Part shown: in pieces, positions 19,781 through 29,188 of the stretch
How the letters are laid out: each line of letters opens with the position of its first letter
Position numbering within the stretch: position 1 is the stretch's first letter
Assembly (NCBI GenBank): GCA_965198065.1
Contig: CBDAON010000004.1
Coordinates: 1,760,001-1,824,000 of the forward strand
DNA: 64,000 nucleotides
DNA from: Longimicrobiales bacterium
GTDB lineage: Bacteria; Gemmatimonadota; Gemmatimonadetes; Longimicrobiales; Gaopeijiaceae
Reading direction: 5' to 3'
Translations under genes and position numbers: made by a program
Notes under the pieces: generated by a model
The model's database searches: none
Told to the model about the DNA's origin: nothing
Seen by the model: the letters and a program-made list of their open reading frames with translations, nothing else

Positions 19781-21618
19781 TGCTCCCGCCGGACTCGCGC
19801 ACCACCGCTTTCGAGCTGATCCGCCCGCCGAGCGGATACCGCCTCGACTTCGCCGTGCTGACCACCTACACGCTCGATCTGGAAGCGCTGCTCGTGCTGC
19901 CCTTGTCGGTGCTCGTACACTCCGACAGAGGCTTGGAGGAGCTGCTGGCAGATCCGCTTCGGCTGCATCAGGCGATCCGGGACGCCGGCGATCGCGTGCA
20001 TGCCTTCGTCGACGAAAAGGGCATCGCGATTCCGCGTGGCGCGCGCTCGCTGTACTCGATGCTCGAGTCGAGCGTGCATCCCGTGCGCGCACCGAACCGC
20101 GGCGCCTTCCATCCCAAGGTGTGGGTGGCCCGGTTCATGGCGGTGGACGAAACGGCGGAGGACCTGCTGCGGGTGGCGGTCCTGTCGCGGAACCTGACCT
20201 TCGACCGTTCCTGGGACATCGCACTGGCGAGCGAGGCCCTGCTTCGGAGCAGGCGGCGCGTGGCCGCGAGCCGGCCGCTGCATGACTTCCTCGTGGCGCT
20301 GCCGCAACTGGCCACCAATCGCATCCCAGAGGGCATCGTGGAGCGTGTCGAGGAGCTCGCCGATCAGGTCACGCGAACCGCGTTTCCGGCCCCCGACGGC
20401 TTCGATTCGCCGATCGAGTTCCATGCGCTCGGATTGACACGCGGGCGTCGAACCTGGAGCCCGCCGTCGAGTGGCTATCGCACGCTCGCCGTAGCCCCGT
20501 TCGCCAACCAGACGGGGCTCGACGCGGTCAGCCGGCTGGGCGGAAACGACCGGATACTGGTGAGCCGGCAGGAGGAGCTCGACAAGCTGTCCAAAGACGT
20601 GCTCGCCGAATGGAACGAGGTATTCGTCCTGTCGGATACCGCCCAGGGCGAAGCCGAGGATGGTCCGGCCGAGACGGACGAGGACGATTCCGGGACGGGT
20701 GCAGACGCTCGCCCGTCGGGGCTGCACGCCAAGATGATCGCCGTGGAGCACGGTTGGGACGTGACGTGGTCTGTCGGCTCCGCGAACCTGACCTCGGCGG
20801 CGTTCGCCGGCAGCAACGTAGAGATGATGGCGTCCGTCACAGGCAAGAAGGGGCGCAAGGACGGCGCCAGCGGTTACGGCATAGATCGCTTCCTCGACGG
20901 CGGATTCCAGAAGCTGTGCGTGCCGTATCAGAGGGTCGAACCGGAGACGGTGGATCCGCGCGTGACCGACGCACGGGCGCGCCTCGAGGCGGCGCGCGAC
21001 GCCCTCGTGGACGCCGCTCTGCGAGTGACTTGCGTTTCCGAGAGTGATCTCTGGACGTTGACGATCGACAGCGTCGCTCTGCCCGCCGACGATGTCGAGG
21101 TTGCAGCCTGGCCCGTCTCGGTTCCGGAAGACCAGGCCTGCCGGCTGCCGGAACCGTTGCGCTGGAGGCTGCCGGTCGCGCGCCTGACCGCGTTCGTCGC
21201 CTTCAGGATGAGTGTCCCGGTACGGGGTGTGGACGACATCCGCATGACCCTGCGGCTTCCTGCCGAGGGAATGCCGGAGGACCGGATACATCAGTTACTC
21301 AGAACCTTGCTGGACAGCCCCGAGAAGTTCCTGCGGTTCCTGAGGGCGTTGCTGGGCGGGCTCGACGCCGTGCTCGGCTGGGCAAAGGATGTCGGAGAAG
21401 GGAACGGCAAGGGCGACTGGGGAGTCGGCGGCGGCGGCGAGACCCTGCTCGACGACCTTGTCCGCACCGCGTCCAGAGAACCGGAGCGCCTCGAGCCCGT
21501 CCGCCGCCTGATCGACGACCTGCGGAAGACGGATGAAGGGCGGCGTATCGTGCCGGACGAGCTGTTCGCTATCTGGATGGCTGTCGACGAGGCGCTCGCA
21601 CCGGAGCCACGTTCATAA
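19780..21618 (+). CDS. Phospholipase-D-family (PLD nuclease-like) protein
   Basis: TTYTLDL, FHPKVW...SRNLT and LHAK...GSANLT. TGATG overlap with the upstream gene. Confidence 0.85.
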   Translation: MLPPDSRTTAFELIRPPSGYRLDFAVLTTYTLDLEALLVLPLSVLVHSDRGLEELLADPLRLHQAIRDAGDRVHAFVDEKGIAIPRGARSLYSMLESSVHPVRAPNRGAFHPKVWVARFMAVDETAEDLLRVAVLSRNLTFDRSWDIALASEALLRSRRRVAASRPLHDFLVALPQLATNRIPEGIVERVEELADQVTRTAFPAPDGFDSPIEFHALGLTRGRRTWSPPSSGYRTLAVAPFANQTGLDAVSRLGGNDRILVSRQEELDKLSKDVLAEWNEVFVLSDTAQGEAEDGPAETDEDDSGTGADARPSGLHAKMIAVEHGWDVTWSVGSANLTSAAFAGSNVEMMASVTGKKGRKDGASGYGIDRFLDGGFQKLCVPYQRVEPETVDPRVTDARARLEAARDALVDAALRVTCVSESDLWTLTIDSVALPADDVEVAAWPVSVPEDQACRLPEPLRWRLPVARLTAFVAFRMSVPVRGVDDIRMTLRLPAEGMPEDRIHQLLRTLLDSPEKFLRFLRALLGGLDAVLGWAKDVGEGNGKGDWGVGGGGETLLDDLVRTASREPERLEPVRRLIDDLRKTDEGRRIVPDELFAIWMAVDEALAPEPRS

Positions 21619-23510
21619 AGCGACCATCCGTCGACGCGAGCCTCAAGCCTCTCAAGTCCTTTCAGCGCCGCACGGTGGAGCACGCCTTCCACCGTCTGTT
21701 CACAGCGGAGGACAGCACAGGGCGCTTTCTGGTGGCCGACGAGGTGGGCCTCGGCAAGACGCTGGTCGCCCGGGGCATCATCGCCCGCGCCATCGATCAC
21801 CTCTGGAACGACGTCGAACGGATCGACATCGTCTACATCTGCAGCAACGGCAGCATCGCGCGCGCCAATCTCCCCAAGCTGCAGGTGGACGGGGCAGAGC
21901 AACGGTCGTTCGCGTTGGCGACCCGGCTCACGATGCTGGCCACGGAGCTGGCGCATCGCGAAGGCGAATCCGGGCTCGCCGGCAGCAAGCTGAACTTCGT
22001 CAGCTTCACGCCGGGCACATCGTTCAAGATGGGGCACTCGGCCGGCCAGGGCCGGGAGCGGGAGGTGCTGTTTCAACTGCTCGACCCGTTGGTGGGTCCG
22101 CGTACAGCGCTCATGAATCTCCTGCAGGGATGGATCACCAAGAAGGAGAAATGGCGACGGCGGCTGGAGAACAATCCCCGGCCTATCGACGACACGATAC
22201 GGCAGAGCTTCGAGGCGGCGTTCCATGAGTGCCCGGACCTGCAGGGCAGGCTGCGCGAGATCCTCGACACGTGGTTCCGTCGCTACCGGTCGTGGCCAGC
22301 CGAAGCCCGGCAGCAGCGCGACCAGGTCATCTCCGAGTTGCGCCGCGTGCTGGCCGGCGCGTGCGTCAAGGCGCTCGAGCCCGATCTGGTCATCCTAGAC
22401 GAGTTCCAGCGCTTCAAGAAGCTGCTCGACACGCGCGAAACGGAACGAGATCCCGCGGCGGATCTGGCGCAGGAGCTGTTCCAGGCCGAGGCCCATGACG
22501 GCAAACGCGTACGCACGCTCCTGCTTTCCGCAACACCGTACAAGCTCTACACCGCGGACGCAGAGATCGAGCATGAGGAGCACTACAAGGATTTCCTAGG
22601 CACCACGCGGTTCCTGCTCGGCGACGATGAGGCCCGCGTCGAAGCCGTGAAGTACCAGCTCTCGCGTTTCGGGTCGGCACTGAGGCGCGTGGCCGCCGGA
22701 GACCCGGCGCAGGTGGAACGCGTAGAGCTGGCGAAGCGCGCGGTCGAAGGCTCCCTTCGGGACGTGATGGCGCGCACCGAGCGTGTTGCGGCCAGTGACG
22801 ATCGGGACGCGATGGTGACCGAGGACCGGCGCACAACGACCGTCACCTCCAGCGATGTGCGCCAGTACCTGGCCGCCGATGCGCTGTTCCGCGCGGTCGA
22901 TGGACACGATCCGATGCCGTTCTGGAAGTCGGCCCCGTACCTCGCGCACTTCATGCACGGCTACAAGTTCAACAAGCTCGTCGACGAGGCGATGAGCACG
23001 CCGGACAGAATGGTCGACGCGCTCCAGCGACATGACTCGGCGTTTCTGAAAGCGGCGACGCTGCGGTCGTGGGGAAGCATCGACCCCGGACACGCGAAGC
23101 TGAGGGAACTGGTGAGGGAGCTGATCGGCGAGGGGCTGTGGCGCCTGCTGTGGATGCCGCCCACGTTGCCGTACTGGCCGCTGGAAGGACCGTTCGAGGG
23201 CAAGGAACAAGCGACGAAGCGCCTGTTGTTCTCCGCTTGGAACATGGTGCCGGACGTGGTCAGCGCTGTCCTGAGCTACGAAGCGGAACGGCTGATGACG
23301 GGAGGCCGGCTCAAGTCATACGACAACCCCGACGAGCAGCAGAGGCCACTGCTGAGACTGACACAGTCGACGTCCGGTGTTCTATCCCGGCATCGTCTCC
23401 TCCTGCTGCTCCTGCCCTGCCTGCCGCTGGCGGATCAGATAGTGGCGTTGGTGCGGGCGGGGACGAGTGGACGTTGCGCCTCTTCGGGCCTGTTGGAGCA
23501 GCCACCATGA
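21615..23510 (+). pseudogene. SF2 helicase, C-terminally truncated
   Basis: FLVADEVGLGKT, ILDEFQRFK, LLLSATPY and KRLLFSAW. No helicase-C motifs V/VI before the stop. The expected start reads ATA at 21615. Confidence 0.8.
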
Positions 23511-23826
23511 CCCGTTGGTCTTCCGGCCAGTACGTCAAGGAAACACAGGAGATCCTAGACGGCGCGGCAGGCGCGAGATCGACCGCAGAGGTCTCTGCGG
23601 CCAAGGCCTCGACCGACTTCCGGCGGTGGCTCGCTGGAGTCCACAACCCATGTACAGCGAGCAGCAGGCGTGACGTCGGAGGTGAACACATTAGCGAGCT
23701 CCACCTCAGCGCGCTGCGGCAGTGGTGGCTCGAGTCCCAATCAACTCGGGCCACTGCAGCCTGCTTCGGTGTATCGTTGTGAGCCCACGATAGTCCCTTG
23801 CGCGGGCCCGGCTCGGGCGTTTCCCT

Positions 23827-23923
23827 TCATTCACTCATATCTGACGGCACCGTGATCAGCCATGATCGATAGCTCATTCACTCGTATCTGACGGCACCGT
23901 GATCAGCCATGATCGATAGCTCA
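23827..23923. repeat. 47-bp tandem duplication with one mismatch
   Basis: tcattcactc(a/g)tatctgacggcaccgtgatcagccatgatcgatagc x2, covering the next start codon. Confidence 0.92.
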
Positions 23924-24697
23924 ATCCTTCAGCGGGGCGTCGTCTTCGCCTGCCTGTTCGGACCGCCCCGTACACTCAGTCGCCAAGACGGGATGGAGGT
24001 TCACTCGCGGATCTGCGAGCGACTCGGGGTCGACGACGTCTCTTTCCGTTATTCAACAACGGGAGACGAGAATTCCCGCGGATTCTCGATCGCAATGGGA
24101 CGAGCGCAGGGGCGCGGTGGGCTCACGGTGACGATCGACAACAAGAGCATCAACGATCCCGTCCGGCTTCACGTAAGCTATACATGGCCTCCTTCCCGAG
24201 AGCATGTGTACGAGGATATCGATCTCGCCTCGGAAGCAACTTTTGATGCGATCGGTTCCGGGATGAACCGCGTGCTCGTCGAGGCTCGAATTCGTGCGCA
24301 GGTCGAAGCGCGTGGCGGATCTGCAGCAGACTACCTTGCCCGGAACGTGCTGAACCTCACTGACAGGGATTTCGAGGTCCTGCAAGCTCAGCCAAACTAC
24401 TTCGCCATCAAGTATGAAATCCCGGCGGAACATCCAAGCCCAGATAACCCTCTATCGAACCCCAAGAGGGACATGTCGATTGAGGCTCTTCGTGAGGATC
24501 CGAGAGTGCTCTATCTTGAACTCATGTCTCAATGGCCCCAGCTAGCGCCCTCGGGAACGCGTGGCGGGGCGATCGAGATCGACGTGAGCAAGCTCAGACC
24601 ACTCGGTGATGAGCCTCCAAGCGCCTATATCAAGGAGGCTATGGGGTACCTAACGAAGGTGGCCATACCGTTATTCAGCCGATCACAGCCCACCTAG
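23909..24697 (+). CDS. Hypothetical 262-aa protein, loosely TIGR04255-like
   Basis: Long intact ORF with lower GC3 than the core genes and an alpha/beta pattern. First gene of a tight three-gene unit. Confidence 0.65.
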   Translation: MIDSSILQRGVVFACLFGPPRTLSRQDGMEVHSRICERLGVDDVSFRYSTTGDENSRGFSIAMGRAQGRGGLTVTIDNKSINDPVRLHVSYTWPPSREHVYEDIDLASEATFDAIGSGMNRVLVEARIRAQVEARGGSAADYLARNVLNLTDRDFEVLQAQPNYFAIKYEIPAEHPSPDNPLSNPKRDMSIEALREDPRVLYLELMSQWPQLAPSGTRGGAIEIDVSKLRPLGDEPPSAYIKEAMGYLTKVAIPLFSRSQPT

Positions 24698-24724
24698 CGG
24701 CTCCCGGGAAGCAAAGGAGCGACC

Positions 24725-24949
24725 GTGACGACGACTACTACGACAGCCTACACTCTTAGTTCTCAGGTATATGGATCGGTGCCGGGGGAGTTGGACAACA
24801 GTGCGAATAATCCTGTTCCAGTGTGGGAGCCCGGCCTATTCACGCGGCCGAATGTCTCGCCCGCTGGGCAGGAGATTCCCGACGACGAGGCCTGGGCTGA
24901 TCTGGCCGCCGCTGCTAGAGCCCAGTGGGCGGAAGAGAATCCCTACTAG
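24725..24949 (+). CDS. Small acidic putative antitoxin
   Basis: AAAGGAG RBS, Thr-rich N-terminus, acidic C-terminal helix ending WAEENPY, 12 bp upstream of the toxin. Confidence 0.65.
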   Translation: MTTTTTTAYTLSSQVYGSVPGELDNSANNPVPVWEPGLFTRPNVSPAGQEIPDDEAWADLAAAARAQWAEENPY

Positions 24950-24961
24950 GGAGGACTCTGG

Positions 24962-25318
24962 TTGGTTGATCTCTTTCCAGGCGAAATCTACGAGGCCTTT
25001 GACCGAGTGGGGCGCCTTCGACCATTCGTGGTGATGTCTCGCCCCGAACTCAACAAGGGCGACTACTTCCTTGCCGCACCATTCACCACTGCGCGTTTGG
25101 AAGAGCGCCAGCATGTCAGGAGCTGTGTGTTCTTCTCACGTGGCTCCTTCGGTCTTGCCAAATCATGCGTCGCCCAGGCAGACGCGCTCACCGTTCTCCG
25201 CAAGACGGACCTTGTTGAACCTCCAACGCCGCTCGGCAAGTTGGACGCCGGAAAATGGAGGCAGCTTGTGCGTGCAATGGGGTTCGTGGTCCAAGCTGAG
25301 TGCCATCCCGCAGCCTGA
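24962..25318 (+). CDS. PemK/MazF-family endoribonuclease toxin
   Basis: PGEIY...RPFVVMS...APFTT...GLAKSCVAQAD...LGKL. GGAGG RBS with a TTG start. Confidence 0.85.
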   Translation: MVDLFPGEIYEAFDRVGRLRPFVVMSRPELNKGDYFLAAPFTTARLEERQHVRSCVFFSRGSFGLAKSCVAQADALTVLRKTDLVEPPTPLGKLDAGKWRQLVRAMGFVVQAECHPAA

Positions 25319-26598
25319 CTTCGGCGGCACCCAGAAGATGTTCTTGGTCACAGTCGCCGTCCCTGCGGGCGCGAAGGCAAAGATCATTGCTTCTACTGCC
25401 ACGATCAGACGCGGTGCACGAGCTCTGTGCCCGGGAAGTCAAGATATTCCCCACCGTCCGGCTTACGGGCTGGTGATTCCTTCTTCGTTCGCGAAGTTAA
25501 GATAGACGATCAGACGACTCAAAAATTCCCCACTCTCTAGTGCCCGGTGACCAGATCGGAGTGAGGATCTCCAGCACGTCGGCGCTCGTCACATCGGAGA
25601 GCCTTGAGGATAGCAAGGCGGCGACGGACGTGGAGGTGACAGGCTAGATCGTTACGTGATGTCAAGATTCCCACACCGCGACTTCCCCGTGGTGCGCCCC
25701 CGGCCGTGACGATTTAAGCGGACGCGACCTCCTGAGGGACTGGTAGGGAGACGCTCTGATGTGGACACGCCGCATTAACAAGGCGGTGCTGGGCCCGTCA
25801 GGACGCGGCTCGCTAACCATATGATGGAACGGATGTTGGGGAGAAGAGCCCCGGGTCTGCGAGATCGTGGCGAGTGTTGCGCCAGGTGTTCTAAAACGAA
25901 CACGGTTAGCGAACCAGCGCCACACATCGTGCTGTTCGCATCGCTCAACGGACGGAAATAGTCTGGCAAAGCTGCGTCAGGTAGCGCTACCGACACCGAG
26001 ATTATTGTTGACCGTGCCTTACTCGTTCCGAATGGAGTAGATGATGCCCCGAAGATCATCAGCACCACGGCCTCCCCGCCCTCCCAAGCCGCCAGACCGC
26101 CCTCAGAATCCTCAAACGCCGCGCCTCCCCGGTACGAACGAGTGGGTACGGGCACATTGGCGATGGGACTATACGTACCTCCGGTGGGAGTGGGTCCGAG
26201 GCCATTGGCGTAAGTGACCACAGAGCATCGGTCCATGCAACGGGACCTCTCTCATGCTCTGAGCTGTCGTGACCCGTGACAATTGCTCATTCACCTTCGT
26301 ACGTCTGGATACGGGACGAGATATCAGCGCCGATGATGCTGACCATGCAGCTCTGGCTGAGCAGCCTGGAGCATTACGTCTTCGCTCCCATCGGGAAGAT
26401 GTCGATTTCGGAGGTGACGAGCGCCCGGAGTTGCTATCGCTGTTGTTGACCTAGAGCCGCACTGCGACAACTGTCAGACAGTTGCCCGGATGCGTCCGGT
26501 TGCCGCCCCCGGGGGGATGCTATGTCCACACGAGAACGCAAGACTGGGCCTGGAACATCAGCGTCCGTTGGCAACCAGCTGCAAGAAGGTGACCACTA

Positions 26599-26961
26599 AT
26601 GAGGTACCTACACCTACTCGTGGCCGTGCTGCTCGCGGCACCATTGGCGGCTCAAGACCTTCCCGCACCCGGCGACCACAGGCAGGCCGTCGAGCGTGCT
26701 ACCGGACTCTACAGCGAAGCCATGGCCACTGTGTCGGAGTCGATTGAGGCTATCCAAGCAGATGACTTCTTGATGCTTCAGCTTGCCGTGGGACAGTATC
26801 GCCGCGTGATGACCTACTTGACGGTTTGGCATGGACGCGCGTGCTGGAAGGCCGACTACGAAGGAGCCAACGTTGCCTACCCGCAACAGGCTGTCATGGG
26901 AGAAGTGCTCGCCACATGGGGCGTGGCCCGAGACCTCACAACCGGAACCAACGGGATATAA
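26599..26961 (+). CDS. Hypothetical secreted protein, possibly truncated
   Basis: Signal peptide MRYLHLLVAVLLAAPLAA and a GAAGG RBS. Confidence 0.5.
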   Translation: MRYLHLLVAVLLAAPLAAQDLPAPGDHRQAVERATGLYSEAMATVSESIEAIQADDFLMLQLAVGQYRRVMTYLTVWHGRACWKADYEGANVAYPQQAVMGEVLATWGVARDLTTGTNGI

Positions 26962-27121
26962 TCCCCATAAGTTACTACGAGTCATATAGTTACGACGACG
27001 CAGGACCATCGTATATAGCCGATGATCCGTCCGGCCTCGGGCCCTCTATCATTCGGCGCGTCCGGATATTGTCCGAGTTCTCCGTCCTGACGGCCCTACG
27101 GGCCCCCTGCGCGCGACGTTC

Positions 27122-29188
27122 ATGAACCCAGGTGTTGGTTGGCTCGCGGCCGTCGGCCGCGTGGCGCTCCTCGGGGCCGTCGCGCTCTCCTCGCCGGCCC
27201 TGGCCGCCCAGTCCCCCGACGAGGTCACGCCCGATCTGCTCCAGCGCGTCTTCCCGGACACCGAGCGGTTCGGCGAGAGGGAGGGTGATCCGCCGGTCTA
27301 TCGGGCGTACGGAACGGACCCGGCCACCGGAACCGAGCGGTTGATCGGCTTCGTCTTCCATACCGCGGACATCCCACCCGAGACGAATGGATACTCGGCT
27401 CCGATCCGGGTGCTGCTCGGCATGGACCTCACTGGGGCGATCACGAGCGTCCACGTGACCTCGTACCGGGAGTCCCTCCGGAGCAGCCGCGGTGACTTTA
27501 TTTCGCGCTCGGGGGTCTCTACTCAGTTCTCCGGAAAGATGTTGACTGACCCGTTTCGCGTACGCCAGGACGTCGAGACGATCTCGGGCGCGACGATGAC
27601 CGCGAAGGCGATGGCCCTCGGGATCCGTAACGCGGCTCGCCGCGTCGCGGCGGCATACATGATGGATCAGCGTCGAGCGCCGTCGGAGCCTGTTCCCAGG
27701 CTCGGCACCATCACGCTCGAGGAGCTGGACCGCCTCACGTGGCCGGAGATGATGAGCCTAGGCCTCGTTCGGGAGATCACGGCCGACGAGGGGGGCTCGG
27801 ACCTCCTGCGCATCACGGTCGGTTATCTGCGGGACGAGGCCATGGCCGAAGCGATTATCGGGCCCACTCGCTTTGCGTACGGCATGCCGCGGATCAGAGA
27901 GAGATCTCCGGACGAGCACATGATCTTTCTGGGTTTGAATGGGCCCGACATCCTCTTCTTCCGAACGCGGTCCATCTCGTTCGCCCAGGCCGGCGACACG
28001 ATCCGGACGGTCACTGAGGACTTCCAGGCCACGGGCCTTCTTCCGGACGGGAAGGCCATGGGGGAGTTCCGCCGTACCGGCGTGCTGTCCGTGGATCGCG
28101 AGCGCCTCGACCCGACACGGCCGTTCACGACCCTCGTGGACCTGGAGGACGGCCGCACCATTTCCGCCGAGTACCAGGCCTACGACAGCCCGGGGGCCGT
28201 GGCGAGCGCGGTAGCCGCCGGAGGGGGAGCCGGCGGGGCCGGGTCCGATCCGGGCGCGGAGCCCGCGTTTCAGCTCGAGTTCACCGAGGAGCAGCTGGCC
28301 GAGCTCCTCCTCGAGGAGGAGCTGGAAGAGGGATCCGCACTCGCCCGGACCCTCTCCCAGACGTCGTGGGCTCGGGTGGCCTGGCTCGTCGCCCTCCTGG
28401 CCCTCGTCACGTGGGCATTCGTGGCCAAGCGTGCTGCAGCCGTCCGCTGGGCGGCCCTTGCGGGCACGCTCGGATTCCTGGGCTTCGCGGACCGGGGCTT
28501 CCTGTCAGTGTCACACATTCTCTCGGGGATCTCGGCGGGGCCGGAGGTCTACCTGGGAGACATGTCGCTCCTGATCCTCGGCTCCTTCACCCTCGTCACG
28601 ACGTTCTTCTGGGGACGGGTCTTCTGCGGATTCCTGTGCCCGTTCGGCGTGCTCCAGGACGTGCTCGAGCGGGTCGTTCCCAAGCGCTTCAAGCGAGAGC
28701 TCCCGCGAAACGTCCACGAGAAGGCCCTCTTCGCGAAATACGGGGTCCTCGCCGTAGTCCTCGCGCCGGCGGTCTTGGGCCTGTCCATGACGGTCTACCA
28801 CTTCTTCGAGCCGTTCGGAACGGTCTTCTACTGGAGCCCCTCGGTGCTACTCTGGTCCATCACGGGAGGCTTCCTGGTGGCGTCCGCGATCGTTCCGCGC
28901 TTCTACTGCCGCTATGTGTGCCCGCTCGGCGCGGCACTCGCGATCGGCTCGCTCCTGTCCCCCTTCCGGATCCGGCGGGTCGAGCAGTGCTCGGTCTGCA
29001 AGGTGTGCGAGCAGAAGTGTCCCACCGGAGCGATTAACGGACCCGACATCGACTTCAAGGAGTGCGTGCGCTGCAACGAGTGTGAGATCCAGCTCATCCA
29101 TAAGACGGGTGTGTGCGGGCACGACATGGAGGTGATCCGGCCGCGGCTCGTGCGGCTGAAGACGGCCGGCTCCAGGAGCGCGGCGTGA
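27122..29188 (+). CDS. NosR/NirI-like membrane protein with FMN-binding and 4Fe-4S domains
   Basis: GYSAPI, flavinylation motif ISGATMT, FCGFLCPFG, YCRYVCPLG and two ferredoxin Cys clusters. Confidence 0.88.
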   Translation: MNPGVGWLAAVGRVALLGAVALSSPALAAQSPDEVTPDLLQRVFPDTERFGEREGDPPVYRAYGTDPATGTERLIGFVFHTADIPPETNGYSAPIRVLLGMDLTGAITSVHVTSYRESLRSSRGDFISRSGVSTQFSGKMLTDPFRVRQDVETISGATMTAKAMALGIRNAARRVAAAYMMDQRRAPSEPVPRLGTITLEELDRLTWPEMMSLGLVREITADEGGSDLLRITVGYLRDEAMAEAIIGPTRFAYGMPRIRERSPDEHMIFLGLNGPDILFFRTRSISFAQAGDTIRTVTEDFQATGLLPDGKAMGEFRRTGVLSVDRERLDPTRPFTTLVDLEDGRTISAEYQAYDSPGAVASAVAAGGGAGGAGSDPGAEPAFQLEFTEEQLAELLLEEELEEGSALARTLSQTSWARVAWLVALLALVTWAFVAKRAAAVRWAALAGTLGFLGFADRGFLSVSHILSGISAGPEVYLGDMSLLILGSFTLVTTFFWGRVFCGFLCPFGVLQDVLERVVPKRFKRELPRNVHEKALFAKYGVLAVVLAPAVLGLSMTVYHFFEPFGTVFYWSPSVLLWSITGGFLVASAIVPRFYCRYVCPLGAALAIGSLLSPFRIRRVEQCSVCKVCEQKCPTGAINGPDIDFKECVRCNECEIQLIHKTGVCGHDMEVIRPRLVRLKTAGSRSAA

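Noticed and set aside
19348..21291. 647-aa minus-strand ORF, and similar long shadow ORFs such as 47553-49160
   Set aside because: They are antisense to well-supported genes, are expected in high-GC DNA, and show no motifs.
23827..23923. Possible CRISPR array
   Set aside because: Only two abutting copies, with no spacer and no cas genes.
25775..26236. 153-aa minus-strand ORF as a defined gene
   Set aside because: No recognisable family, and it runs through the attC-like site; probably a decayed fragment.
840..26455. CTAG apparently frequent at island fragment junctions
   Set aside because: Many cases are simply TAG stops preceded by C, and enrichment cannot be shown without counting.
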